Below are positions 1-14,453 of a stretch of 64,000 bases of DNA, piece by piece (position 1 is the first letter of the stretch; each line of letters opens with the position of its first letter). Where the stretch lies: assembly GCF_009914755.1 (NCBI RefSeq), contig NC_060930.1. One strand, written 5' to 3'. The position numbers were made by a program, and so were the translations under genes. This stretch comes from the human T2T-CHM13v2.0 reference genome, Homo sapiens. The notes beneath the pieces were generated by a model, which saw only the letters and a list, made by a program, of their open reading frames with translations, ran no database searches and had not been told where the DNA came from.

Positions 1-1089
1 AGGTAAAACCTGAGTCATATAGAGGGATCTGAATTGAGACCACAGGCAAATGACTTTTAGTGAAAAAGAAAGGAGAAATTAACAAGATAATAGGAGGTTT
101 AAGAAAGGCAAGATCATAAGGTCTTCTATGTTAGCAAACAGTAAATGTTCCAAGAATATCAAGCATTCATATACACAGTGTAGACCTCAAACCCATATTT
201 GCTACTTTGTATTTCCATTTCTTCTAATTTCCCCAATTTTTTATTGGTCATATTATTGAAATTTTGATTTTGAAAATGTATTCTTGGGAGAAAATGCAAA
301 TGTCTTATTCTCATTTAAATATACCATAGGCTAAACCTCATTCCCCTTATGTCATCATTTAAAACACCTAAATTATTTTACAGAAGTTGAGGGTTGTTAA
401 ATATATTAAATCTATAGACAGCTTCATGTTTTTAAATTTGTCTTCAGTTTAGAGAACAAGGTTGGAAGTGTTTCTTAAAATAATCAGAAGTTCCATCCAA
501 AAGCCAACATCTTATGAAAGAGAATAATGGATTATCGTGGACATACATCTCAGGAATGTCTTTCCACTGCACACCAACTCTAACAAAATAAAGGTGCACA
601 CCACCTCTAACAGAATGAAAATCTGACCAAACCTGCAGTAATACAAGTTTTTACCTACAAAATAGTCACTTGAGCTACTCTGTTTTGGGCGCTGTAGAGC
701 CGTGCCAAGGGAGAAATTGAGTGATAATTTTCTGTAAGGGAAATATCAAAGCAAAGTTAAGTTTGTTAAGGCAGAAATACAAATCACGTGAAAAAAGTAA
801 ATGATAAAAGTCTGTGAAAGTTTAGAAAGAAAAATCTTGACTCTCAATCTTCCAGTTCCTGTTGCATCTTCTGATGACTGTTTCTTGCCATTTGATTTTG
901 CGTATGTTTTAATATATTCCTCTTTTTGCCTTAACTAATCGAATAATCATTCCTGTTGATTGCAACCAAATGGCCCCTGATTAAAGCCAACCTTGGCATT
1001 CTGTTTCGATTAACAACTTCTGAAATTCTGATATCATTTCTTAATTTCTACCTTACTGTCCTTTACTTTTCTTGAATCTTTATAATTAA

Positions 1090-1305
1090 TATACATTTTA
1101 GCACCTCTTAGCATCAAGACACTGTTCTGAGCACTTTAAAAATATGAATTAATCTAATTCTTTTGGCAGCATTATGAAACAGATACAATTTTCAACCAAG
1201 GTTAACACAGGAAGAAATGTGGCACTGGCTAAGTAGATTGCGGAAGATCACACAGTGATACATGGCAGAGTAAAGATTGAACCCCAGGCATCTGGCTACA
1301 GAGAT
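1090..1305 (-). mobile_element. MIR SINE (degenerate)
   Basis: Resembles the reverse-complement MIR core: cactgttctgagcacttt...aagatcacacag...ggcagag...attgaaccccaggcatctggctacagag. Confidence 0.7.
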
Positions 1306-2566
1306 ATAACCGATATCCTAGACATTTTCTATTTCTACTTGGAAGGACTTTTGAGGATATAAATATTGATTATTTAGACTAGATTGTTCTTTAAAACTCT
1401 GCAAAGCATTACATAGCATGTGTTCAAACTTAGTTCAGCATCTAAGAGCAGAGCAAGTTTGGTAAACTGTAATAATGTTGACTGTAGCTGGATATAAGTA
1501 TATTTAGAAATACCATTTTAAAATAAATAGTAATTAATATATGAAGAAGAACAAACTATATTCTCTCTTTTGCATGAGATAAGCAGGTTTCCCTGGCAAG
1601 AAGCATCTCTCTTTCTATCAAACTGTAGTGTTCTTTTCCAATTTGGTTTATTTACCCAAACACAAGAGCTTTCTTGGACTTCTTTAAAGAGTTGAACCAT
1701 AGTTCCTGCCAGAATCTAGACCAGCCTATTTCTGAGCAACTAGCTACTTGCCTATATTTTGGAGCAGCCAGAATTAAATATAAAGAACTAAGCACTGTCT
1801 TCTTCAAGGGCTGTTAAGCAAAGGTGGCCAAAGGCTGAGGAAATTATACATCTGAGCTCCCAATTACATGAGATGGAATTTATATAGGCTGACATTTTAC
1901 TGAGTAACAAACTAATTTCTTACACCACGGAAGTGTGGTAATAAATTAATATGTCACTATTTGACTTGCCTTTCAAAATGAGAAACAAATACCTGGCCAT
2001 AGGTTGAGTGTGGAAGCAAAGATCTTCATCACACACCAGCAAGTTTCCATCTGTAGCTTTCAAAGGAATTAAATAAATTAAATAAAATATTTGATAACAC
2101 GTTAGAAAAATTCAGAATATATGAAATAATTTCAATTTCTAAGTGTCTATTCTATCTTAATGAAAGATACCTGAGCATTAACTCCTCACCATGTGTCCTG
2201 GGCCAAATCCTTTCATGCAGGTATAGCACCACACCTATTGCCTTGCTGCCTGTGGTGTAATCATCAACCTATCATCATTCTACCATTACTATAGTAGCCT
2301 ATTACAGTTGCAAATGACCACAAACCTAGTGGCTTAATGCCACATATTTTTTTTTTTCTTTTTGCATTACTGGATTTCCAGAGAACACAAACGCAAAGGC
2401 TGCCAGTTTCCAAACTCAGACTGAGTAGTCTCAGACTATTAATCTGGCTGCCTTATATTGGTAAATGAAGAAAACAGACAGACTAAATTCAATAAGGACC
2501 ACAAAAGAACATGAATACCAGAAGCATCATTGATTGTGGGCCAGGTGTTTAGTGACCATTAAGAAA

Positions 2567-2685
2567 TAGGGTGACCAACTTTTGCAGTTTGACTAGGATT
2601 AAGGAGACTTCCAAGACATGAGACTTTCAATGGTACAACTGGAAAACTCCAAAAAAAAAAAAAGTGAAATGAGTTGCCCACCCCA
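2567..2685. mobile_element. MER96-like hAT-Tip100 MITE
   Basis: Terminal inverted repeats tagggtgaccaact (2567) and agttgcccacccca (2672-2685); internal gagactttca...actggaaaa resembles MER96. Confidence 0.65.
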
Positions 2686-2764
2686 AAATAAAGCAACCAT
2701 TGGAAAGTTTGGCAGATGGAAGTTATCTACTAATTGCTTTGAAGCATTATTAAGACAAAAGGTA

Positions 2765-2945
2765 TTTGCATTTTATAGGAATTAACTCATTTATTCCTTC
2801 TCCAGATCTATTATCTAAGAAAATTTCAGTAATCTTTAGACATAAGGATACAGAGCCTCAACAATTTTATTTTTCTTGCCTACAGTCTGCTGGTCATGGG
2901 TGGAAGAATTCAGATTTAAACTTAATATATTTTCCATCATAACAC
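2765..2945 (-). mobile_element. MIR fragment (very degenerate)
   Basis: aactcatttattcct...gacataaggatacagagcct...cttgcc...agatttaaac resembles the reverse MIR core. Confidence 0.4.
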
Positions 2946-3287
2946 ACTGTCTAGAAGTTGATTACAGTGAATTTGGTCATATTTCTGCTTGCCTCTTATT
3001 CCATTAAAGCTTGATATTTAGCTTTTTGAGCTACGTTGTACATATGATATAGATGGGACATGTTGCTATATTGTGAAATCCTGAAGAGGCGAGACCAAAC
3101 CTTTTTTTAATCCTTGTGGTGGCCATCATAGAGCTTGGGACATTATATTGATTCAATACATGATTAAGAGATATAACTACTAATTTTTGAAATTAAAATA
3201 ATAGTATCTTTGTGTTCTTTAAGTCTCAACAATTATTTCTGAATGTGTAAAATTTTCATAGTCTTTTCTTTTATTTTCCAAGGATAC

Positions 3288-3730
3288 TGTATTGCTTTTC
3301 TGAGGCTACTGTGATACTTTTCCATGAACCTGATGGCTCAAAACAATAGAAATTTATTATCTCACAATTTTGGAGCCTAGACTTCGGAAATCTGTCATGG
3401 TTAGACTCTCTCTGGGGTAATATAAAGAATAATTTGTGTGTTTTTTGCCTCTTCTAGCTTTTGGTGGTTGTTGGCATTTTGTGACTCTCCACATCACTCC
3501 ACTTTCTACCCTTGTGATCACATTGCTTCCCATTCTGTTTCTCTACCAAATCACTCTCTGCTTTACTCTTACAAGGGCACTTGGATTTAGGGCCTACCTA
3601 TATCATCCAAGATAACCCAATCTCTCAAAATCCTTAATTTAATCGCATCTTTTGCCATATAAGGCAATACTCACAGATCCTTGAAATTAAGATATGAAAA
3701 TATCTTTTAGGGGACTATCATCAAGCTCAT
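3288..3730 (-). mobile_element. MLT1 (MaLR) solo LTR, MLT1C/D-like
   Basis: Starts tgtattgcttttctgaggctactg...ggctcaaaacaatagaaatttattatctcacaattttggag; contains cttacaagggcacttggatttagggcctacc, typical of reverse MLT1. Confidence 0.75.
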
Positions 3731-6700
3731 GAGAGTAGCGTATATGTTCATGTGCCCAAATATTCAGAACTAAAAATCAAAGTCTAAAGTACTTTAAGGA
3801 TAAGTAAGAAAGCTGTATGGTGAAAACAAGACAATTTTAACTCAGATTATTATAATAGCTTTGTGTTTTTATGTTTATATAGTCAAATAAATTTATATGT
3901 ACTTTGTTTCCTTAAACTAATAAAAATATAAATAAAGAATTGAATAAATTAATTTCTGGTTTCCACGCAAGAACACTGGAATTCACAAGTCCAGGATAAA
4001 AGCTAATGAGCTCAGCTAGAGATCTTGTAATTCTTCCAGAAAATGAGTTTCACAGTCATGTACTGAGGTCAGCTGAGGAGTAGTCAAAGAAAAAGCACTT
4101 TCCCGCAAATGAGAACAATGCAATGGTTCTTCTTCCTTCTGAAGGGCATATCTGTGCGTGCGTACATGCGTGTGTGTGTGTGTGTGAGATTTACTGTCCT
4201 ATAAATTGACATAATCCTAAGAAAGAGCATTTACATTGAGAGATAGTCATCTAAAACCAGAATATTATTACTGCACAGTTATGTAAAACCATCCTTGGAC
4301 TCATGCCATAAATAACTCAATAAAAAGTCTGTGTTTAGAGAATATAGCACATATTTTATAAAACAACAGTTTGATACTTATAAACTGTTTTCTACAAATA
4401 TTTAAATTAATTAACACAAAATGCTTTCTTATCTGTTATCATTTCCTACTATGTGGGAATACCTACATACGTTTAATTAAAGAATGTGGCCCAACAATAT
4501 ATTTCTTACTTATTAGTATTCCAAAGAATAGTTTGATTAAAATTTATTTTACTTTGTATCGCTAAGAAATATCATATTTCTATGTAAATATTTCCAAACA
4601 TATCAAAGGCAAGGTATGATGAGAAGATTCAACTTTCATTATTTTTCCATCCTGTTCTGAACCTTCTTGTCATTTTATTTATTTTGGTTTCTTTCTCTTT
4701 GATACAGTATATTCTCTTAAATTACATTTTAACATTGATATCCAAAAGTGTCTATTGTCCTTCTTTCTGCAAAAGCTTACACAGCAGATGGTGCAAATGG
4801 TTCAGCATATATTTGTGGAACTGATAGAAAAAGTCATCCGCCAGAATGCTAACTTTTTTGGCATTTTGTCAAATTATAACAAAGACATGTTACAAAAATT
4901 CAGAGTATATGAAATAATTGCAATGTTTATCTTTATTTTCTGTATATTCTATAGTAAAATATGATGCAATTATCCTGTCTTCAGAAATTTCTCAATTTCT
5001 TTCTTCTGTCTATTTCTAATGCATCATGCTTGACCATGTGTTTTTTCCCTTTGTTTTCATCTATAACAGTGTCAATTTTTTAGCTTCTTCCAACCTACGA
5101 TAGATTAAAATTATATATATATAAATATATATATAAATATATATATGTTTTTAAATCTAGGCTTATTTTTAATGTAAGAAAAAAGAAGACATAATGACTT
5201 TAATTTTTAAAACATTTTCTCAATGCTAATTTCTTAATTGGTAAAGTTTTTATTAAAAAAATAGACCAATGGAGGAAACTACAATGCATATGGCTTATTC
5301 TTTCAGCTATTTGTAAATAAAATAAGCAGCTAAATACAATTACCAAAAGAAAAGTAAGAACTATAACTTTAAGAAAATATTTTATTTTTTCTCTATTATT
5401 TGTTACATATTCTATAAATATTTTATTGACATTTTGTTCTTGAAAATCAATATGGGAAAAACAATTGGCATGTAAACCTTAGCCACACTAGCCTTTCAAC
5501 CCTGACTTTCCAGTGGGAAAGATTTTTCAAAGATAGAAATTGATGGAAGGGAAGGCAATTTCATCTTGGTTGACCAAGAAAGATTTAATTTTGTATTATA
5601 AATTTCCTATTGTTTTTAGACCACCTTAATGACATTTTTATGATTGCTTTATATATTTCAGGTACATAGTCTTTTTTATTACCATTTAAAAAATAGAAAG
5701 CTTATTTTTAATATAATGTAGCGCTAATATACACATATATTAACAAATACAACAATAGGAGATGTGTCTGAAAAGGTAATCTGACAGCTAGATTTAGGAG
5801 AAAGGAGAATAGATAGAGTTAAATAATTGTCTGGCTGGGCAATAATGAAAGCATTAACTAGTGTAGCAGCTGTGTAAATGTGTTATTAGAAGCAAAATAT
5901 CTGGGTAAAATAGAAGTGGTGAAAGCTGAGAGGTGAAGGAAATGGGAAATAGGAAAGAACAAATAGAAAAAGCATAAAAACAAAACAAAACTAGAAACAA
6001 CATTGATTCCAATGTATTGAACTGAGGAGAACAGAATAATAATGATGTCAAGGAATATCATTTATGAGAGTGGATTCTCAAAATAAAATACCTAGCTTAC
6101 ATGAACATTGAATGTAATCCTCTTTTCTACTTATCCTGTCCTTTCATTTTCCACCTATGCTAGCTCTCCGTAAACACATCGGCCTTAGGGAAAACCTTAT
6201 GAAATAATCTTATAATTTTGAATGTTTTTTGTTACATACACAGTGGTAGACCTATATGCAATTATCATTCTATGTTGTATAAATAAATACATACCAAAAA
6301 GAACTACTATACATTCTTTCACTGTAAATATTTAACGTCATAATGGATTCTTAAAATATAATCCAATGTGCTTCTTAGAAACATCTCACTGTCAGATTAT
6401 GTGTTTTGAGATAATATAAATTAATTATCATATCATCCTGAATAATAGTTGATTGGCAAGGTAAATATTCTTTGAACTCCAATAGTAAATTTAAGTAATG
6501 AAACTACAGCTTCTTTTTACTGACATATTGGAGGTTAAGTATATCTTTCTCAGCGCTTTGGAGATGCCATCATTTCTGAAACTACCTTTTTTTTTTCCTA
6601 TTTGTTTCTTTATTTTTAATATCACCTTTGAAACTACAAAATATTTTTACTTACCCAGTTAGATGGCAAGTTCAATGTTCACATATTTATGATTGCAAGC

Positions 6701-7386
6701 ATTAGAATATCATATTGAAGATGTGAGGTGGGAAGAATGGGACAATTGTCTAAAATTGTTTCATTTCATTGACATGCAAATCTACCCTGAAGCAAGATCC
6801 CATGCTATGAAATATTACAATGCCCAAGCAGTAAATGAGTGGACATTTTAGAAGTTGTCACAGCCCTAGAATGTATATCATATTCTATCATTCTACTTAG
6901 TTTCTCTGCTCCTAACAAACTCACCACCTTCCCAACATATCTCTCTACAGGCTTTTCACATGATACATGGCCAATGGCATTCTCTTACACTCCTCAGTGT
7001 TAGATCCTCATTAGAGACTTTCATTTTATAGTTCAGTATTCCACTTTGTTCAATGATAAAAGTATTTTATCCTCCGAATTAAACTAATTTTATGCCAGTT
7101 GATTGGAGGTCTCCAACTCCCATCTGCAAAGGCTCACAGGTCAGGTTTTATGCTTCCAGTTTTTTAGTGACTAATGCATCATTTTGCAATGTGCTTTTAC
7201 TTTTTCTATTTTTTAATTTAATTTAATTTTATCATTTTACTCAACTTTATGAGGTATAAGTGACAAATAGGAAGGCTTGTAAGTATATTTAAGGTGTAAA
7301 TGTGGTGTTTTGATGTAAGTATACTTTATGTAATGACTCTCACAATCAAGATAATTAACATATATATCACCTCACATAGTTACCCA

Positions 7387-7388
<2 letters not shown>

Positions 7389-7418
<30 letters not shown>
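7389..7418. repeat. (TG)n microsatellite
   Basis: Pure TG run. Confidence 0.95.
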
Positions 7419-7419
<1 letters not shown>

Positions 7420-8107
7420 TGAGAAACAGCACACTTCCAGTGTACATTATTAACTATAGTTACCATGCTGCACATTGGATATCTAGAACTTGTTCATCTT
7501 AGATGTGAAAGATAGTATAATCTGAACCAACATCTCCCCATTTTTCCCACAGCCCAAGCCCGAGAAGACCGTATTTTACTTAAAATTTCTCTAAGTTATG
7601 CCAAGTCTCTAAGTTAGAATGTTTTAGATTCCACATATAAGTGATATCATGCAATATTTGTCTTTCTATAACTAGTTTATTTCGCTTAGCATAATGTTTT
7701 CCAGATTTATCCAACTTGTCACAAATGGCAGGATGTTCTTCTTTTTAAAGACTGAATAATATTCAGACACACATATTTCCTTATCCATCAACAGATGCTT
7801 TGACTGACTCCGTATCTTGGCTATTGTGAATAACGCTGCAGTGGATATCAAGTTCAAAACATTGATTTTATTTCCCGCAGATATATGCTCAGAAGTAGAT
7901 CTTGGGTCATACGGTAGTGCTATTTTTAATTTTTTGAGGATCCTTCGTATTATTTTCCAAAATGGCAAGAATAATTTACATTTTCACTCATAGCCTACAA
8001 GGGTTCCCTTTTCTCCACATCCTTGCAAACACTTGTTATCTTTTTTCTTTTTGCTAATAGCTTTCCTAACATATATAATATAATATAATAAAAATATACA
8101 TATTTTG

Positions 8108-8425
<318 letters not shown>

Positions 8426-11400
8426 TGAGTTTCTTATATATTTTGGAAATAAACCACTTATCAGATATAAATTGTGGCATTGCACCTATGTGAATGCAGG
8501 GACATTTGCTTCTTCACAAAAAGGCTTCATTTATTCACTGAGGCATGCTCCCTGCAGGTTTGTATCCATTGAGAAGGACTGCCCTTTTCATATTTGCTTA
8601 AATTCTATAGGCTGATATTGTGTGTGTGCATATTTGTATATGCACATATGTAAGTGTACATATCCATGTGCACATAAACATATTTTCATTTACTGGCAGA
8701 GGGAGGAGAAAAGAGCGATTATTCTTGTTCTGTTTTATTCTGACTAATGAGCATAGAAAATACTTGAATCTCCTTTATAATTCAAAACGGTGTGGCCAAA
8801 ATTTCCACAAGTGAAGATCACTTTACTAGCTAATTTCTATGGCTGTCTTGTGAGCATTCTCCTGATTCCCATTAAGATCATGCTCCAAGTTTCTGAGGTA
8901 CTATGTATTACCTTATACACATATAAATATAAATATATTGTATGTATATGCACTACATTTGTATATATGTAAACATATGCACTATACATATTAAATAAAA
9001 AATATAGAAATATATTTAGTTAATTGTATTAATCTAATATATACCTATAACATTATTACCAATTAAAGCTTAAGATGTAAGAACGGTAGAAATGTAGGAT
9101 TTTATCTTTATCATACATATTTTTAAATTTGCCATATCACTTTAGACTAAAACTGACCTGTTTTCTGTGCCCAGTTGCAAAGCAAGTAATACTTGCAGAA
9201 CTCTAGAAGTGACTATGAAAATAAAATAGCATGTGAATATATTTTTAAAAATACAGATTGTATATTACATATCACTACTCTGAACTGGACTTCTAGTCTT
9301 ACTACTAAACCATACTCATGTACTTTGACCAAATTGAGCATTAACTCCCCAATGTTTAATCATAGTACATATCAGTTTACTCACCCTAAGTACTTCTTTT
9401 TTAAATTTCTTTTTCTGATTTGTTCTATCCTACTGAATTCCATGTTGAGAAAAAGTCACAAAGGTGATGTCTTAACCAATCTTTTAAATTACATGAAAAT
9501 GAAAGAGCATATTTTATGCTATTCTCCTTGCATATATACATGCCTCTAGTCTTGAAATAATTTGCTTGGAGTCTGTGCTAAGCATAGAATAAAGAAAAAA
9601 ACCCTCTAGAGAATGACTAAAATTAGGATAGTTACTAGCTATATAAGGATTTGCAAGTTTTCACTGAAAATCTCTTTATATTACTTCATCAAATAAAATC
9701 GTGGATCTGTGTGTTTGCTTGGTTATATTTTGTGCTTTAGAAACAGTCATATGTAAAAATTGTAAAGTGCAGACATTTATAAGTACATTTTTAAGTTGCT
9801 GCTAGTGTGACTCCACCTTGACTTGAAGTTTAAATCTACAACCTACAAAAGAAAAGAAAAGTAGATCCAGATAATACAGTCATTATAAATAAATCTGACT
9901 TGGGTGTCAGATTTTGCAATGAAAAAATGACTGCTTAAGAGGAATTTTTATTCTTTCAGCATTATATCAATTATCATATTTACTTTATGGAAATACAGTA
10001 ACATATATAAATGTATGGAATAAATGTTAGATTAACTATATTTGTAATTTATAGTTTCTGTGCAATTTTAGTGCTAGCTTAAAAATGAACTCCTGCCCAT
10101 CAGTTTTTAATTGCTGATAAATTTCTATATTGCTATTCAGATCAAATTTATTTTATATTCAATGCAGACTCCCCATTTATTTTTTATTAAAACTATTATT
10201 TGAAACTTATACTATGAAATTATTTCTTTTCATATTGTTCTTTCACATCATGGTTTTGCTTGTCTATCCATACTAGAAGCCTGAATAAAATAGAAACAAT
10301 TATGTTCTAGCTGTATGTTTCAATGCTATATTGTAATGATTATGAGTCTTCACAAAATGTTCTAAGCCCTGATGAGCAATTTGTTGCCTGTCAGCCACAA
10401 CTATCTTTCACTTTTCTTTTGATAACAAAGATTATTTATTTTAGTTAACAGAACCTTAGCTAAACAACGGGAGCAATGATAATGCATCATTGTTAATGTA
10501 TTTCTTGTAAACAAAATTCTTCATTTAAATAAATGAGTTTGCTTTCTTGTTATTTCACTAGGAATCGTAGCTTTATTATTTACAAATTGTAAATGTATAG
10601 AGTGCTGAGAACAATTTCTGATATGGGAAGATGTGATGAAAAGTGTTTTTCTAGAATTACTAACGTGCTTCCTTTTTCTTTTCAGTTTCCCAAATGTCTT
10701 AAGATATTTTGTAAAATATACGTTTTAAAAATGTCATCTTTGGAAGGAATAAATTTAAAATTACTCTAATGGTACCAAGGGAGGGAGAATATAGAGAATT
10801 TAATCAAGTAATTATCAAAAACTTTTAATTGAATTATTTCACCTATAACTTTGGGACAACTACTAAGTAATTCAAAATTGACCCATTAAGTTATGTCTAT
10901 ATTATAGTAAGTTAAAGAGATCCACAAAGTAAAAAGACTCATATACAGGTTTATTTCTCAGTCAGGCAATAGAGGTAGATGTTTTCTTCCATGTAAGGAT
11001 TCAAGGACCTAGCCTATTTTTTCCACCTTATAGCTTCACCATTTTTTGGTCACCTTGTCTTCCATATCTAGTCAGCTGATGGGAAATGTGGCCTTACCTA
11101 AGGTAATATATTTTTTTAAAAGCCTTTGTTCAAAACTGTCATGCTTTATTTGCACACATGGTCACAGGTAAAGTCACATGCAAGAATTAAAAACAGCATA
11201 AAATGGTGTGCCCAAGTAGAAGGCTAATTTGATAAACAGCTCTGGCTCTCTTATAACTACTCTTATAGGTTCAGAAATAAGCAACTGAAAGTAGAAGAGA
11301 AATTAAAAACTGAATTAATAAATGCATTAGAATATAGTTCCCTAAATAACTGAAATGTTAACATATGAATATTTGAATTTTTACTTTAGATGTAAAAGTA

Positions 11401-11819
11401 AATATAAAATGAAACCATATATGTTAGAATAAATCAGAGTAATACAATTATTTTCAAAAATAATTTTCAAACATAAAAATATTTTAACACTTGTTTCTTA
11501 TTTATGGTGTGTGTAGAAATAAGCCATTCTCAGTGTTTCTACCATGATGTTGTGAAGCATCCAAGAACTAGTTTTCTTCTGAAATTTTGTATATCAACCT
11601 AGCTTTGTATTTGAATATTATCAAATTTTATCACCAAGAGTAATTTAAATTGTCACTGCCCTTTGGTAATTTTTAATACATTAGACTAATGCATTTTATT
11701 TTTTCTTCTAAATTTCCTCTGTGTACAGTGTGGTTTTTGTTGTTGCTACTAAAAGTAGTGGCAGCATTGCAAAATTTGCTCAAAAACTTGAATACTGTGA
11801 AGAAATAAGAAAGTGTACA

Positions 11820-12095
<276 letters not shown>

Positions 12096-12383
12096 TACAT
12101 GAACATAAACAATATGTACAACATGAGTAAACCATTCCATGCATAGCCAAATACCAACTATTTTTTGTTCTCCTTTATGTATCAACTACAAAGCATATTA
12201 TTCCATCGTGTATTACAGGAAAATATATTTGTATATATTCTTGTTTATGGAAAAAAATAAAATCAGAGATTTTAATAACTATCTCCTTTGAAATTGTATT
12301 ATTGTGTTAAAGCCCGATTTGTGAATCATTCATTGCTCAAACTCCTTTAAATTTAATTCAGCTGAAGTTTTTCTTTTCACGGA

Positions 12384-12401
12384 TGGTGTCAGAAGTGGGA
12401 T
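12384..12401 (+). promoter_or_regulatory. Retroviral primer-binding site, tRNA-Leu(CAA)
   Basis: tggtgtcagaagtgggat is complementary to the tRNA-Leu 3' end (...ATCCCACTTCTGACACCA) and lies just after the LTR end. Confidence 0.85.
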
Positions 12402-12889
12402 CTGAAGTAGAGCTTCTAACTATCCCTAGGAGCACTAAGTAAACAAGCAAGGTTCCCGCCGGACCCACTTGTGTCTTATAATCTCTCAGAGCAGCTGAGG
12501 ATCATGGTAAGTTCTCTCTTAGATTTCAGAGCTCCATGGATTTCTGTTTTGAGCTCTCCAAGTTTCTTTGAGCAAATGTCTATTCCAAACTGGGTTTTGA
12601 AGTCCTGACAGAAACTAGAATGGGTCCAGCATGAGATATGATCTGGTAATTAACCAGCTTGGATCCAGTTAGAGGCCACTTACATCTGACTGGGTTAGAA
12701 AGAAACTGGTAGGAAATGGTAATATTGCAGGGATTGTCAAATTTTGCTTTTGGAAATTCACGGGGACTTTTGTGTTCTACTCCTTTGTTTCATTTTTCTT
12801 GTGCACTTAGGTAGGAAAAATGATTAGATAAATTTTTTTAACCTGAAAGCAAAGCTGAATGATTTTATCATATATACGTCACACAGAAG

Positions 12890-13200
12890 ATTCTACTGTA
12901 AAGGCTATGGTTACACAACACACCTTAAATTCTTTTGTGTAAGTTATGCTAAATAGTAGAATTATCTAAACAGAGAATTATCTGTGCAGCTGCTGGCAGT
13001 TTTGGCCTATGGAAAAATATATCCGGTATTATAAAGGGTCAGTTGTAGTGGATTAACAAAAAGACCACCTAGTTAAGTGAGTAGGTTCCTTAACTAGCTC
13101 ATTCTTTCATCAATTTGATTTTAAGTGGTTTGGTTTATCGGGACCCAGGGTAAGGAGCATACTCTAAACTCTTGGTATTATCCTCCTAATAGTCATAAGT
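12890..13200 (+). pseudogene. env: env TM remnant of the MER57 internal region
   Basis: Manual translation STVKAMVTQHTLNSFV*VMLNSRI...ICAAAG..LWKNISG resembles an immunosuppressive domain/CX6CC region, with stops and deletions. Confidence 0.55.
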
Positions 13201-14361
13201 GTGGTCTCCCTGGCTCACTGTATTCTCTCAGAGGTTTTAAATGTTTTCATGCATTCATCTCCAAAATGCTAAATGGTCTCTATTCAACAGGAATTGCAAA
13301 AGCTGAAAGAAATGTGTAACCATGAGAACACTATAACCTATTAGTGATATGCTGAGACTAGAAATCCAAATTGATGGTAACTGAGAGTGGCACTAAGGCA
13401 CTGAGTTTTGATCAAACTGTCATCTGACAACCTGACCAAAAAGGGGAAATTTTTGTGAGCAAAATTATGGGAGGACATTGTTTTGAACTGAGCTCTTGCA
13501 CTAGGCCTCAACAGACCAAACCAAACCACAATGGAGTCACTCGTGTTAAATATGCCTAAAACGGACCAGGTTTTGTTTTTCTCCTGCCAACAGAATGTTT
13601 CAGCATAAGGAGGTACCCTCTACTCATTCTTTGTTCCCTCCTTGCAAAACCCATTGTTCTACTGTTTCCCAGTGGGTTTCAAGATCAAATAAGTACATTT
13701 ACAATGGCGAAAGTGATATCGATGACTAAAGTTTTGGTCAATCTCTCAAAATTGAGAAAATTACCAAAAGAGGGGAATTGTTAAAGCAAACTAAATATGG
13801 CCTGAGAAAGGCTCTGTACTTCTACATTTGAGTCCTTGTGGATAAACTGTAATCTAACTTTATAGGCAGACAAGATTGAAAACCTAATTTAAGAATATCT
13901 GCCTGTAACAATAGCTGAGTCTTGGCCAATCCCACGGTCATACTTCAACCACTCATAGACTACTAAGTGTTCAAACTGTGTTCAAATAAGGCAAATGCCA
14001 ACCTGTAACCAATCCACCTGTAACCAATCCAGCTGTTTCTCTGCCTCACTGCCAATTTCTGTATATCACTTCCGTTTTTTTGTCTATAAATTTGTTCTGC
14101 ACCAGGAGATATCACAGGAGTCTCTCTGAATCTGCTGTGATTCTGAGAATTGACTGATTAGACAATCATTCATTGTTCAATTAAACTCGTTTAAATTTAA
14201 TTTGGTTGAAGTTTTTCTTTTAACAATTGAAAAAAGTGAAAATTTCTTAAATGAATTATTAATAGGTAATATTTTAATTTATTCCCTCAAATAATGATTA
14301 CAAAAGATAAACTATATTTTTTGAAATATTTAAACAAAAATAAAAACACATATCAAAACAC

Positions 14362-14453
14362 AGGAAGGAAGGAAGAAAGGAAGGAGGGAAGGAAGGAAGG
14401 AAGGAGGGAAGGAATGAAGGAAGGAAGGAAGGAAGGAGGGAAGGAAGGAAGAA
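14362..14453. repeat. (GGAA/GGGA)n purine-rich simple repeat
   Basis: Directly visible. Confidence 0.95.

Larger units (their letters stand above)
12305..14225 (+). mobile_element. MER57A-like ERV1 provirus remnant (deleted 5' LTR, internal region, full 3' LTR)
   Basis: 4-bp TSD attg at 12301-12304 and 14226-14229; 5' LTR stub 12305-12381; PBS at 12384; PPT aaaagaggggaat before the 3' LTR (13779-14225, tgttaaagcaaactaaatatggcctgagaagg...ttttaaca). Confidence 0.88.

Noticed and set aside
9193-9549. 118-aa ORF in unique AT-rich sequence (and similar 60-110 aa ORFs elsewhere)
   Set aside because: Non-ATG start, composition reflects AT-rich DNA, and no recognisable domain or splice context.
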